A DNA stretch of 63,185 bases, filler included, from Octopus bimaculoides (GCF_001194135.2; 9 parts of 9 records of this genome joined end to end with filler, not necessarily neighbours in it); one strand, 5' to 3'. Shown: positions 13,215 through 25,879, numbered from the whole stretch's first letter. The notes: generated from the letters alone by a model not told the origin. Numbers and translations: made by a program.

Positions 13215-13495
13215 CGCTACCAGCAGAGCTGAGATAACCATCCCTGATGTGCGTGCAGCTGTGGGGGGAGTTTCATACAATAACCATCTGTAAGACATGA
13301 GAGGATGTGTAGATTAGTTACGGTTCAGTTCAGTCCTTTATCACTGAAGACTTGGGTATAACACGCGTGTCCACCCAGTTTGTGTCAAAACTGGTTTCAG
13401 CTGACCAAAAAGATATTCGAATTTCAGTTGCACAAGATCTCCTTGATTGTGTCGAGAACGATGAAAACTTTTTGAAAATTTTGATAAGCCTCTGA
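13215..13495 (+). mobile_element. Mariner transposase HTH-to-catalytic linker fragment (frameshifted)
   Basis: YGSVQSFITEDLGITRVSTQFVSKLVSADQK...ISVAQDLLDCVENDENFLKIL matches the mariner pattern LGMRRVSAKFVPKLL. Confidence 0.75.
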
Positions 13496-13499
13496 GCAG

Positions 13500-13768
13500 G
13501 TATCGCCAAACTTTTGGCAAAATTTGATGTAGATTCTCTACGCAACTTTCTCTGTCATGGTCAATGCGATCACACGCCACACACCTTCCTTCCAAGCACT
13601 GCTGCAAACAGCGAAAGTGGGCTAGAACGTTAAAACCTAAATAGGAGAGACTATCTACTACCGCAAGAGAGCCTCCTGGGCATTTGACAGGGTATAAGTC
13701 CCTCGTGCCATTAGTGCTTATTGTTGCAGTGAATCTGCCACACATGAAAGCGGCCTTGTCTGTTAACC

Positions 13769-13770
<2 letters not shown>
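13500..13770 (-). mobile_element. Probable mariner 5' UTR/start fragment in opposite orientation
   Basis: gcaaaatttgatgtagattc...catggtcaatgcgatcacac resembles the reverse strand of the mariner start region (from recall). Confidence 0.4.
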
Positions 13771-13806
<36 letters not shown>

Positions 13807-14135
13807 ATTTATCTTTCTTCTTACCAATCTCCCCCTCACGCTCTGCTTCCTTCTGTTGTCCTGGCTTCTACTTTACTGCTGTACATATCTCTCTCTTCCT
13901 CCTTGTTCCACTTCCTTCCTCTACCATCCTCCCTCTACCATCCTCTCTTCTCACGTGTGACCTGTGGTCAACTCTCTTTTCACTCCAGCCACTACGAAGG
14001 TGAGACGAATTGTTAGCGTTCTACATCAGATTCGCGTTTGACCGTACGGTTTTTTAATGTTGTTTTCATTGTCCATTTTTTCCTGTCTTGGTTTGTGTTT
14101 GCCACCTTGGAATCCTCTGTTTAGTGGGTTGGTCC

Positions 14136-14193
14136 ACTACTCAGGAAGAGACTGTTCTAGAGGACGTTCTGCCTTATCTTCGAAACGTCTAGT
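14136..14193 (+). ncRNA. Degenerate hammerhead-like motif
   Basis: ACTA-CTCAGGA-AGAG...TCTTC-GAAACGTC-TAGT. Stem I ACTA/TAGT and the GUC site are present, but core G5 is C. Confidence 0.4.
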
Positions 14194-15149
14194 TAGAATA
14201 GAGGCATCTGACGAAGGATTAATTCGAAGTGGCTATCTGTTTTCCGATGTGTTCGTTCCGTCGTCTATACTTCAATGTTCTAACGGCCTGTACCCTGATA
14301 TGCATCTATATACACATGTAAATGTAAGTATGTACATATATGTGTGTATACATGCATATATATTCTTTGTATNNNNNNNNNNNNNNNNNNNNNNNNNNNN
14401 NNNNNNNNNNNNNNNNNNNNNNNTATATATATATAGTGTGTGTGTGTGTGTGTGTATGCGAGTTTGTGTGCATGTTTGTAAATGTGCGTATGCATATATC
14501 GTTCGAAATGTATTTTCCCGAAACGTAAGCAACAGCGAGAAAAGACATATGACCTGTGTTCTTCACATAAATACTACACTCATAATTGTTCTACTCTCAA
14601 ATGCCGCCCCTCTCCCCACTGCCGCCTCACTGACATAGAGATGAATGAAGTGAACTATTAATTTATTCGTTACAATTCTATAACCAACCGACGAAATTGT
14701 TTACCGAATATGACAGAGTAAAATTATTTAAACCAAACAGAAAAGTCGATTTTATTGAACCAAGAAGTGCTTCTGCACTAGAGATATTACATTAGAGTTA
14801 TTATAGACAGAGTCATTACATAGGACTATTATATAATAGAACTATTATACCAAAGATATTACGCTAGTGGCATTACAACAATTACTTATAGCTTTTACAA
14901 GAAGCTAATATATATATATATATACTTATATACAAAGTTAGATAGGTATATAGAATTATGTATCTAAATGTGCACACTCATATACAAACATCGAAAACAA
15001 TGCATAAGTAGAATGACAATTTTCTTTCCTCACATAAGTCATTCTAAATGCGCATGATTGTAGAGGAACTCTTCTTTATATAAAGATACTACTTAGCGTA
15101 GTCTCCATCATACCATCACAAGCGATGCATTGTCGTTGTTGCTAAACGT

Positions 15150-15830
15150 AACTATGAAAATCGCTTTGAAAAAGTTCCGGTTTGCGCTGTTGTGCTCATA
15201 CTTTCATATCCATTTTCACCTCGTCTGTGTCATGAAATCTGTCATGAAAACAATATTTTCTTAGTCCAGGCAGGTGGAATTCGGTAGGTACCAGATCCAG
15301 TTTCCATGGTGAATAGGGTATCACTCGCCGGCCAAATTTACTGTATGTCTGATCTGATGCTAAGGATGTGTGTCGCCGTTCTTTGTGGATTGTTTCCAGA
15401 TTCTTTTCTAGTTTATTCTTTATAGCTTCTCTAATATACTGCTTGTTCTTCATGATGCAACCTTGATTTAGAAAACCAAGAACAATGCCCTTGTCTTCCT
15501 CAAAAATAGTCGTCAAAACTTTATGTAGTGATTTCCAGTTCTCAGACTACTTAAGCCTTTGCAAGCAGTATAACCTCATGTTACAGCTCGAACTATCATT
15601 TCTGGATCATAAAAATACGATTACGTTTCATACCTTATCAACAAGTCGGAAAATAATCATGGCTTCATTGACTGGAACCGCTTTCAGGAAATTACTCAGC
15701 CTTGCATCAGCTCTCTCCCTAAAATTGTGTGTCAACTGCTGCGAAGGCCAAATAACACAGTGTTTCCAATATCCAGACCTTCAATCATTTTTTTTTAATC
15801 CACCGATTCTCACGCGTCAACCCGCGTATC
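15150..15830 (-). mobile_element. Degenerate mariner transposase catalytic domain
   Basis: YDPEN; MTTIFEEDKGIVLGFLNQG; RHTS; IPYSPWKLDLVPTEFHL; RFHDTDEVK correspond to mariner DDD-domain motifs. Confidence 0.75.
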
Positions 15831-16949
15831 TCATTTCGTCCACTCCCTGGTAATATGTGTCAGTGGTCGCAGTCAATGTTCTCAGACTGCATATTTTTTT
15901 AGTAATGCTGTTATTCACTTCTCGTAGATCTTCCAACCATCTGCGTACACTGAGTACACGTCAATGCTGCAATTCCCGTACAGAACCTTTAGGTGTCTAG
16001 ATGTGAGAGAGCTGGCATCTTTCCTTCACTTAAAGGACATCACGTTGCTTCTGTTTCGAACTCACTATTTACCAGCAATAATGAAAAGCAACAGTTACTG
16101 TGGAGGAAAATTACTCTACCAACTCATGCAATTTGAATGAGCCATGTTAGTTAATAAACAAAGCTATGCTCAATTTTAGCCTATACGCATAAATAGATAG
16201 ATAGATACATACATACATACATACATAATTATATATATATATATATGTATGTATGTATGTATGTGTGTGTGTATGTATGTATGCATGTATGTATATATGT
16301 ATGCATGTATAATGTATGAATACATGTATTCTATGTACAGTATATCATTACATCTGCATATATAAGGATATGTAGGCATATATATGCATACATATACACA
16401 CGCACACACACCCACACACACGTTTGCGTATGTAAACGGAAAAGTGTAACACCAAACGGGATAAATACAGAATGAATATTTACATATCAAACACAAAGGA
16501 TATATTCCTCACAAATCTTTGTATACAGTATGTTTAATATTATCCACACTGTAAACACTAAAATAATATTTACATACGTGTAGTATTTGCCTACGTGTGA
16601 TATTTATACACATGTCATATTTACATATCACTCAGAATATTGCGGCTCCTAAAACTTCGATATAGAATAAAGTTTACCTAGTAGCAACAGATTGTTTAGC
16701 TTCTGCAAAGGCAATGTTGAAATAGGAGTGGAGTTAGGAATGAATTAATGCAGTTGTAGTGAAGCTATATTGATTCCTAATATAGGCGCAAGGCCTGATG
16801 TTTCAGGAGTGGATTGGAGATGGTATCGACAGATCTGCCTAAATATTTGACAGATACTATATTTTATCTTTCTCATACGTACATACATACATGCGTTCAT
16901 GCATGCATACATACATACATACATACATACATAAATACAGATATACAAA

Positions 16950-17005
<56 letters not shown>

Positions 17006-17264
17006 CCCTTCGTTCTCTCTCGCTTTCTCTCTGCCTCTGTATAAATTTATCTGCTTGTCCGCTTATCCCGCTGTTTATCTATCCATCTATCTAAACCTGG
17101 CATGGGTGGGGCGCTGATCAATTTGGATCAATCAAAAGCTTTCGATAGGGTAGACCATCACTACNNNNNNNNNNNNNNNNNNNNNNNNNNNNNNNNNNNN
17201 NNNNNNNNTTAATTAATTAANNNNNNNNNNNNNNNNNNNNNNNNNNNNNNNNNNNNNNNNNNNN

Positions 17265-17500
17265 GGTGCCTTAGGTATAATAAAAAAATATTCAGACAAA
17301 TACATAACAAAAACACCAGGACTTACAAATATATATAACATACAGAAAATTGCACTACTGGGTACTGCACACATTCTACGCAAAACACTTTCAATACAGT
17401 AAACATAAGAGCACCACAGCAAACCACAGCACATACCCAAGGCGCACAGAGCTGCGCTCGGTAGTGAAGTGAAAGCACGTTATAAAAATAAAACTACTGA
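17265..17500 (+). mobile_element. R4/Dong-clade LINE 3' end (RLE endonuclease C-terminus + 3' UTR)
   Basis: 17265-17402 translates GALGIIKKYSDKYITKTPGLTNIYNIQKIALLGTAHILRKTLSIQ*, the R4/Dong GALG...QKxALLGTAHILR motif; followed by (AAT)n. Confidence 0.85.
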
Positions 17501-17518
17501 ATAATAATAATAATAATA

Positions 17519-17556
<38 letters not shown>

Positions 17557-17560
<4 letters not shown>

Positions 17561-17790
17561 GTTCTAACATCCACTTTTCTATGCTTGCACTGCTCAGACA
17601 GATTTCGTCGAGGCAGATTTTCTACAGTTGGATGTGCTTCCTTTTGCAAAGCATCACCTGTTTCTAAGTGAGGTAATATTTCCTCATAGCCAGACACTTT
17701 TCCATTGAAGATTGGAAATTAATGACATTGCTTATATGATGGTCAAACTCATTTACAACAACTGTGTGATACTAAGGCATGGAGACAAAA
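17557..17790 (-). mobile_element. RTE-tailed repeat (family C), degenerate
   Basis: gaggcagattttctacagttggatg shared with 25132-25370 and the reverse of 22172-22465. Confidence 0.65.
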
Positions 17791-17994
17791 ATACACACAT
17801 ATGTATATACATACTCACACACACTTGTATATATATATAATGTGCACAGATAATGTATTTTATACATTTATTGAAGGTTTACAAATGTTTTGGATAAATA
17901 CTGGTGGGACTTAATTTATAATTCAATTGTATTAATTGATTGATCCATGGCCAATCAACTGAAAAAATAGAGAACAACCACCCTTCTTTATACA

Positions 17995-18160
17995 TATATG
18001 AAATAAGCTTCTCTCCGCTTCTGTCTATCAAATCCACTCAAAAAGCTTTGGTCTGCACAGGACTATAGTAGAAGATGCCCAAGGTGCATTACACAAGGAC
18101 TGAACCTAAAATCACACGGTTATGTGGTTGGGAAGGAAACTTCTTAACCACACGCCCATG
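17995..18160 (-). mobile_element. SINE family B 5' half, CpG-decayed
   Basis: Reverse complement of the family B head. Confidence 0.65.
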
Positions 18161-18186
18161 CTCACATCTATGATGACTGAAAATAA

Positions 18187-18315
18187 TTGGTATAAGAAAA
18201 CATTAAATCCTGTACATGACAATTACTTGGTTATAATAATATGGGATGCCTGTCAAAGCTGACAAAGAAATCAAAGCAAATTACCCAGACATCATTGTCA
18301 AAGGCAGAGAGAGAA
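18187..18315 (+). pseudogene. Old R4/Dong endonuclease fragment
   Basis: With one frameshift reads IWD(M)PVKADKEIKANYPDIIVK, resembling the RLE motif LWDxPxxTDxxIxANRPDIVV. Confidence 0.55.
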
Positions 18316-18539
18316 AAATAAAAAAAAGATAAAAGATCGGCATATTCCGATCGGCATCTCAAACACTTTTAACAAAACCATAAATGGCAATAAAAGAAAT
18401 ATAAAACAATATAAAAGAAATATAAAACACAGCAAAAACCTATCAAACACAATGTCTATGACTGCCATATTTATTTATATGTTCCTTGGAATTCATCAAA
18501 GTTTCATATCAGACTGTTATTTATTAACACTAGAATAGA

Positions 18540-18730
18540 TTGGACAGCTGAGAAATTGTAGATAGAACCAAGCTGGACAGTGGAGAAATTGTAGACAGAA
18601 GAAACAAGGATGGACAGTAAAGAAACTGTAGACAAAAGCAAGGTTGGACAGCAGAAAAATTGTAGACAGAAACAGACTGGACAGTAGAGAAATTGTAGAT
18701 AGAAACAGAGTGGACAGTGGAGAAATGTAA
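18540..18730. repeat. ~33-bp minisatellite, about 6 units
   Basis: Unit approx TGGACAGTGGAGAAATTGTAGACAGAAACAGAC. Confidence 0.85.
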
Positions 18731-19015
18731 GACAAGGGGTAGTGGAGAAAATGCACTAATTTGGCTGCAAACCAAATCCCATAGAATAAACAATAGCATA
18801 TTGTAGTGTGAGCTGTGGTCCTCAACTAGGTAGGTAGGAGCCCAAGGGGTGGAGATCTGGTTTAAGCACCCCATAACTTTTTTGGGGGGGGGGGAATTTT
18901 CAGAACCTTTTTGCAAATTTGTGTCTACACACACCTTCTTTCACACATAAATCTTATAAGTTCCACTCTTTTACAAATTTTTTAAAAAATCAGAGTTTAA
19001 AATGCAGAGTGGCCA

Positions 19016-19410
19016 TAGGCGTAGGAGTGGCTGTGTGGTAAGTAGCTTGCTTACCAACCACATGGTCCATGGTTCAGTCCCACTGCGTGGCATCTTGGGC
19101 AAATGTCTTCTACTATAGCCTCAGGCCAACCAATGCCTTGTGAGTGGATTTGGTAGACGGAAACTGAAAGAAGCCCGTCGTATATATGTATATATATATA
19201 TGTATGTGTGTATGTGTTTGTCCCCGCCAACATCTCTTGAAAACTGATGCTGGTGTGTTTATGTCCCCGTAACTTAGCGGTTCGGCAAAAGAGACGGATA
19301 GAATAAGTACTAGGCTTCTAAAGAATAAGTCCTGGGGTCGATTTGCTTGACTAAAGGCAGTGCTTCAGCATGGCCACAGTAAAAAAACTGAAACAAATAA
19401 AAGAGTAAAG
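19016..19410 (+). mobile_element. Full-length tRNA-derived SINE family B with internal microsatellite
   Basis: Head ggcgtaggagtggctgtgtggtaagtagc...ggttcagtcccactgcg, internal (TA/TG)n, tail gactaaaggc...agcatggcc. Confidence 0.9.
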
Positions 19411-19847
19411 AGAGAGTAAAAGAGTATAGTCTAAACTTTCTGCTTAAATCCCAGCAATGGACCACTCTTGGGTGCATTATCATTCTATTAAATGTGTTTA
19501 TGGGGAGAAAAATATTGAAAAATGTCAATACATGTCAGAGTGACAAAGAAACGAGGATGATATCAGGTGGTCATGAGATGTGCTAAAAACAACAGCTAAA
19601 TCACATCAAAAAATTTTTTTTTTTTCATAATCACATGAATTCCTGTGTGCAGAACACAAAGTTTGCAAAAATTTCTGGAAAATGCCAAAAAATGTTATGA
19701 GGGGTTATATGAGTTGCTTAAACTAGAATTCCACCACACAAGGAAACGGGGAACACTGAATCTGTTTATTGTACTCAGTCATTCTATTCAACAATAATTC
19801 CACATATATGAAATATGCATTCGTAGCAAGACTAAACATGATTGTTA

Positions 19848-19898
19848 TCAACATTGGCTGTACTCTCTAATCCTGAAGGAATCTTGCTGTGTATTATT
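19848..19898 (-). CDS. Candidate terminal exon of unidentified minus-strand gene
   Basis: Acceptor cattttatAG; phase 0 gives NNTQQDSFRIREYSQC*; AATAAA at 19765-19770 (-). Short and speculative. Confidence 0.25.
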   Translation of the reverse strand, partial: NNTQQDSFRIREYSQC

Positions 19899-20300
19899 CT
19901 ATAAAATGTTATAATAAATCATAAAATACTCAACACTCTCTTAGTTTTTGATTGTTTAAAAAAAAAATCACAGAGAGAAAACATGTTTCAAAATTGCTAA
20001 AGTACTCTATATAGGTGCAGAAAGATATGTCTGGAGTAGCTGGCATTTGGAAGGTCATAGAAACCAAGCCAAAACAGAATGGAGCCTGGTGCAGCTAGCT
20101 CTCTGGCTTACCAGTTCCAGTGAAACTATCAACCCATGCCAGTATGGAAAATGGATGCTAAATGATGATGATACACACATATATAAAATATGCTTGAGGC
20201 ATATTCGAGCCTGTAAGAAAACCATTCACTGTATTTTGTCATGGAGAAAATATCTTACTATTGACCAATAGCAAATTTCCTGAGTAAGGTGGGGGAATAA

Positions 20301-20665
20301 TATAGGGATGATGCTTTACTGTTTATAGGTAGTGTAAGGTTAACTTATAAAGGCATAGGAAAAAATCCTTAAATTTTTAAGGCTTAGGACAATCTATCTT
20401 CCTGGAGAATGAGTATAATAAAAGAAATTTTCTGGATGTTACTTTGGACCTTAGTATGGGATGTAACACCCATATCACAAACCAAATGAGAACCTCAAAT
20501 ATGTGAGCTGAAAATCCAATTATCCGGAAGTGATTATAAATTCTATAATTAGGAGCTCTAAACTTAGAATCTCTAAACTTTCAGCTAATGAAAAGATATT
20601 TAAATAAAATGAGAAATGCTGCGATTTAACTTCAGCAAAAGCTGGTTATGAGGAGAAAATTTATT
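20301..20665 (+). pseudogene. Penelope-like reverse transcriptase fragment (catalytic YRDD to thumb)
   Basis: In frame YRDDALLF...NFLDVTLDL (one stop), then PYHKPNENLKYV..SNYP and RISKLSANEKIF...AGY. Confidence 0.75.
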
Positions 20666-20786
20666 GTATTCCTAATGTTGAGATTAAGAATATACTTAAA
20701 GATGCAGAAGTAATGGAATAGATGAATAATGACAGTGATCACCATAACAAAAAAAAACAAAAAAAAAAAAACACACTAATACATAC

Positions 20787-21077
20787 TTTAATAGGAGGAA
20801 TAGTATGAAAAGCTTGACTGGTAATTGAATAGGTGTAGATAAAGCAGGTGACAAGGTTTAAAAGTCTAATCAACCATCTTGTTATTAAATTTCTAACTAA
20901 AATATATCCCTCATGTGTTTCAATTAAACTAAAATAATGGTGAATGCAGACAGGTTTCATGAAACAATTGTAACTTTGTTTTTTATTTATCGACATATTA
21001 AATATGATTTTTGGAACACAATTCAACAAAGTGTTCCAAACCAAATCTTTTTCATTATTTTTTGCTTCAAAGTGAAT
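20787..21077 (-). CDS. Probable internal coding exon (97 codons, phase 0-0) of unidentified host gene
   Basis: taattAG|IHFEAKNNEKDLVWNTLLNCVPK...LVRNLITRWLIRLL...AFHTIPPIK|GTATGT. A 291-nt stop-free frame in very AT-rich DNA, bounded exactly by canonical splice sites. Confidence 0.6.
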
Positions 21078-21635
21078 CTAATTACAGGTAAATTCAATAA
21101 AATATAAAATTATTTAAATTTTACTTAAACGGCAGCATAGAAAATGAGTAATTAGGTAATGTTCAATGAGTATACAACAAAATTTTAATAGAAAGGAATT
21201 ATTTATCAGTAGAACTTAATACACAGATGACAGGTGTGTCATAAAGGTAAAACAGAACAAAATACTGGAATTTGTCTTTGAAGAAAACTAGAAAATGATC
21301 AACTAAATGAAATAAACTCACATGTATATATAACTATACAGAAACATATAATAGTGATTCACAATTCAAATTAACCAAATTTTGTCGTAAATGAGGTAAA
21401 TTCAAAACGAAATATTTATAAATCCAATTTACACACACAATATTCCTAAACATATTGAGATTTGTAACTTTTTTCCAAATATGTGGGAAACTTCAGAATA
21501 TATATATTTTTTCCTTTTTATTTACATTCTGCATAGTGATTTGTTTCCACAATAATTGCTTCAAAGAAAAATTTTTTAAAAATCATTTAATGGTTTTATT
21601 TCCTTGGAAAGACTGTGGTTAGATCTAATAGCTTC

Positions 21636-21861
21636 CTAAAAATAATTAAGAGAAACAGTTTTCAAATTCTTATTACATGCAAGTACAAATTCATTTTTTA
21701 AAATCACTATTGGAACTGTCGCAATTGTTTCACTTTCAGAAAAAGAAATGTCCAATTCATAATCACATGTGGTTTTCATGCTTGCTGTATATTTTCTTAG
21801 GTTTTTCTGTCTTTTTTCGAAAATAACTTTGAATTCAAACTCACAGCTTGTCAGCATGAAA
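21636..21861 (-). CDS. Candidate exon (FMLTSCEFEFKVIFEK...)
   Basis: Stop-free for over 70 codons; acceptor ccAG is phase-compatible with the exon ending at 21996; donor unclear. Confidence 0.3.
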
Positions 21862-21995
21862 CTGGTATTCCTTTTTCATCCGTTGTGAACCATTTCAGAA
21901 GATTGAAGTGGAAAAATTGGAAAAAATCTCAAAAAAATTTGTAGTGCTCAGATATCACATACAATAAAGGTGAATAATGTAACTCAGTTGCTTAC

Positions 21996-22170
21996 ATCAT
22001 GAAACTGCATGTTTTCACAAGTGTATTAAGAAAATTTGCACTAAAATTCTCATTAAAATATGAACAGGTCATTTTAGCTGATTTTGATAATATTGATATC
22101 AAGCGTCGGGCTTCATGAAGGTAAAAGGCTGGGTTCCTTATGAGCGTTGGGCTTTCCGGAGGCTGAGTTC
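21996..22170 (-). CDS. Candidate exon (NPAFYLHEARRLISILSKSAK...VKTCSFM)
   Basis: Open frame ending at a strong GTAAGC donor (21990-21995); 5' boundary uncertain and abuts an RTE-derived repeat. Confidence 0.35.
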
Positions 22171-22171
22171 C

Positions 22172-22465
22172 TTTCAAGTGTTGGGCCTCACAGAGGCAAT
22201 GACAGACCTTTGACATTATGTCATGCTTGAGAAGAAGACCCATCAAGCTAAGCAAAATTGCAGTCATGGCAGATACCAGTGTTACGCACCAGTGCCGGTG
22301 CATGTAAAAGCACCCATTACATTCTCGGAGTGGTTAATGTTAGGAAAGGCATCCAGCTGTAGAAAACCATGCCAAATCAGACTGGAGTCTAGAGCAGCCT
22401 TCCAATTTATCAACCCTGGTCAAACCATCCAACCCATTCCAGCATGTTAAATGATGATGATGATA
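22172..22465 (+). mobile_element. RTE-tailed repeat (family C)
   Basis: ttgggcctcacagaggcaatgac...ggcatccagctgtagaaa...aacccattccagcatg...(GAT)n. Confidence 0.8.
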
Positions 22466-22914
22466 ATGACCAAACTCTTTCTGGGTGGCTTTGGGCAAAT
22501 TAGCAATGAAAGGGTAAATAGAAATAAGGAAATGAAGGGCAAAAGTAGCTATGTGAACCAAGGAGGCAAACATAGAATTAATAAGACCATTATAACCACC
22601 AAGCAACCAAGAGAATATAATAAGGATAATGATAATAGTAATAATGCTGGCAATGATGTAAAGAGGAAAATAATAATAGTATTAATAATAGAAATGTATA
22701 GCAATAGTAAAGTAAAGCATTCTTAATGATACAAATAAATAAAAAAAAGTTCTGCAGCAGTTATACCCAATTATGAGAGCAAGGAAGGGTAGTGTGTGTG
22801 TGTGCGAGTTGCAAACATTATAGTTGATCAGGTCTGATAAAAAAAAAAAAAGGCTAATCTCAAGAATAAATAACAAACATTTTACAATTCTTAGTAATAT
22901 AAATTAATAACATG

Positions 22915-23100
22915 CCAGTGGCACATTAAATCATGCTGGTGGCATGTTAAAAGCATCCAGCATGCACTGTAAAGTGGTTGGCATTAAGAAGGGCATCCAG
23001 CTGTAGAAACCAAGCCAAATCAGACTGGAACACGGAGCAGCCCTTCAGCTCCAGTCAAACCGTCCAACCCATGCCAGCATGGAAAATGATGATGATGATG
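22915..23100 (+). mobile_element. RTE-tailed repeat (family C)
   Basis: aagggcatccagctgtagaaacc...acccatgccagcatggaaaatgatgatg. Confidence 0.8.
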
Positions 23101-24184
23101 AAAGAGTACACACACACACACATGCAGAGAATTTTATGAAAAGTCATTTTTATCAATTTCTTATCTAACACAATTAATTATTCGTTCCTTTATTTTTAGT
23201 AAGTTATTAGTGACAGAGACTTTCACTACTCCACTGTAACCTGTTAATTGGTTTCAAATAAGTATGCTTGTGTGTCACGTGTAGGTATCTCTCTCTCTCT
23301 CTTTTTAATAATAAATGTGACAAATGACACTGAAACTAATAACAGCTAATTAAAAATAAATAAGGTAGTTAATAATTAACTAACAGTGTTTGGTACTCAT
23401 TAATTAGCCAGCTGACAAACAAACTAGAAACATTATATTGGAATACAACATTTCATTCAACACAAGGTGTCACATTAAATGCTCCAGCTTTCTTTCTCTT
23501 GTCCTTTTCATACATGCTTGTATGCCTACACACACACATTATAATCATACATATTTATTTCCATACAAGCATAGAGAGATAATATTTTTAACATAGATTA
23601 TCACTTTAAGAATCGCTGAAGCATATTATTCACTGATGAATGCCTTTCTAACAGTTAATTACCTAATTATAACGGGGGGGGGGGAAAGACATCGTAACTT
23701 CTTTACTGTTGTTAGACTGCTGTAAAATAATTACAACTGTTACTGTCATCATGTCGGAAACTAACCTCTCACCTCACCTTCTACCTACGTCTCATAAAAG
23801 AACAAAAACACAACAAGAAAGGAAAAAAAACAAAACCATCACCACCATCTCTTTCTAAACTCTATGAACATCATTCAGGTTAAGCTAGATTTACTCAAGT
23901 ATTTCCCCTTGCATACATACATTCTTTGGCTTTTGTACTGAGTTACCTCCCTTCACGCAACTTATTTACATCGCTGTCCCAGCAGTATTGCTGTCATTTC
24001 CATCAAACTAAAACTAATCAGATCAGCATGATAACAATTTCCTCTATTAAACACAATGCTTATTTTAGTTATGATACTTGATACGAAAGAAGCTATTCAT
24101 GGTGTGGAAGGAAGTACAATGAGAAACGTGGCGACGGTTTATTTTTTTTCCAAAGAAAAGAACAGTTAAAATGAAGACATTTAC

Positions 24185-24280
24185 TTGAGAACTGAAGCAA
24201 GGCACTACTGAACAAATCAGGGACAGCTGTAGATCCAAGGTTTACTTGACAGTCTTCCCAGATAATTATAAAATACACAG
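24185..24280 (-). CDS. Candidate exon (phase 1-1, AVYFIIIWEDCQVNLGSTAVPDLFSSALLQFS)
   Basis: tcaAG acceptor after a T-rich tract, GTAAAT donor, 96 nt open. Confidence 0.25.
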
Positions 24281-24631
24281 CTTGATACGTAAAATAAAAT
24301 TATACATTTTCAACAAGTAAATAAATACCTAATGTGGAAGATTTGTAGGTTGAAATTTAAGGTAAAGAAAGTGATTGGAGCTAGTAATTGTAATTCTCAT
24401 TAGAATCAACCCAAGAACAAAGTTTAGCCATGTCATGTGTTTTCAGTTTGCGTATACTTTATTAGTAATTATTTTATGTACATATTTAGAGGTTTCTTTG
24501 ATAAATGTTAAGCCAAGCAAAGTTGTATATCAAATTGAAGCAACAAAATTCGAAGAAACTAATGGTAAATTACTATAGCAACAATAATCATAATAATGAT
24601 GATGACGATGATGATGATGATGATGATGATG

Positions 24632-24690
<59 letters not shown>

Positions 24691-24691
<1 letters not shown>

Positions 24692-25015
24692 GTTTCTAAT
24701 TTTGGCACAAGGGTAGCAATTTTTGGGGAGGGAGTAAGTTGATTACATAGACCCCACCAGCATTCAACTGGTACTTAGTTTATGACCCCAAAAGGATGAA
24801 AGGCAAAGTCGACCTCAGCAGAATAATAAATTATAATGTTTCAAATTTTGGCACAAGGCCAGCAGTTTCAGGGGAGGGGTTAATCAATTAGCGTTCAACT
24901 GGTACTTATTGACACCAAGTTGATTCCAGTGGCATTTGAACTCCGAATGTGAAGATGGATGAAATGCCACTAAGCATTTTGCCCAGTATGCTAACAATTC
25001 TGCCAACTTGCCTTG
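24691..25015 (-). mobile_element. Two tandem CpG-decayed SINE family A fragments
   Basis: Homologous to 30253-30414 with CpG converted to TpG/CpA. Confidence 0.75.
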
Positions 25016-25119
<104 letters not shown>

Positions 25120-25131
25120 CATAATGATTGT

Positions 25132-25370
25132 TTTAAAGGCTACTTTTCCATGCTTATATGGGTCAGATGATATTTGTTGAGGCAGATTTTCTATAGCTGG
25201 ATGCTCTTCCTGTCACTAACCCCACCCCCCACTTGTTTCCAAGCAGAGTAATATTTCTCAATGGGAAGATATATTTTTATGGAAGACTGGATATGAGGAG
25301 ATACTACTTGTATGATTGTGGAGCTAGTTTACAACCATTTCATGACTTTGAAATAAGGAGACACAAACAC
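25132..25370 (-). mobile_element. RTE-tailed repeat (family C), degenerate
   Basis: ttttccatgcttatatgggtcagatg...gaggcagattttctatagctggatg. Confidence 0.7.
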
Positions 25371-25879
25371 AATACTCTTTGCATCATGATTTCTCAATAA
25401 AGTACATAGTTTTACATTTTATGAAATAAATGAAATGAAAAATTTTGAGAATTGTAACTTTTCCAGTCAGATACTGAAAACAAGATAAAAATTGTTCTCT
25501 AATCTAAACATAAGGTTGATACTTTATCTTATCAATACCAGAGAGATGAAGGGCCAAACTGACCTTAGTAGGATTTGAACTCAAAGTGAAGAGCCAGAAC
25601 AAATACCATAAGGTATTTTACCTGATGCTCTAACAATATTGCCTACAAGTCGATGACTAAGTATTATGCTACCACAATACTGAGACAGATACAGACACAT
25701 ATCATTGTATCTGTTAGGTAAGGGAGCATTTTTTTTATTCATCTTGTATCTGGTCAGAAGTTACATACAAAGAGAGAAATTTAATCCTCATGAAATTACA
25801 TTCTGGTGTTCTCAGGTAAATCTTATAACACTGCTTTTGTCTGTTTGATTGAAAACAGCTGCTGCAGCTTCTACTTTAC

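Noticed and set aside
18540-18730. CRISPR-like array
   Set aside because: Units are contiguous without unique spacers, in a eukaryotic context.
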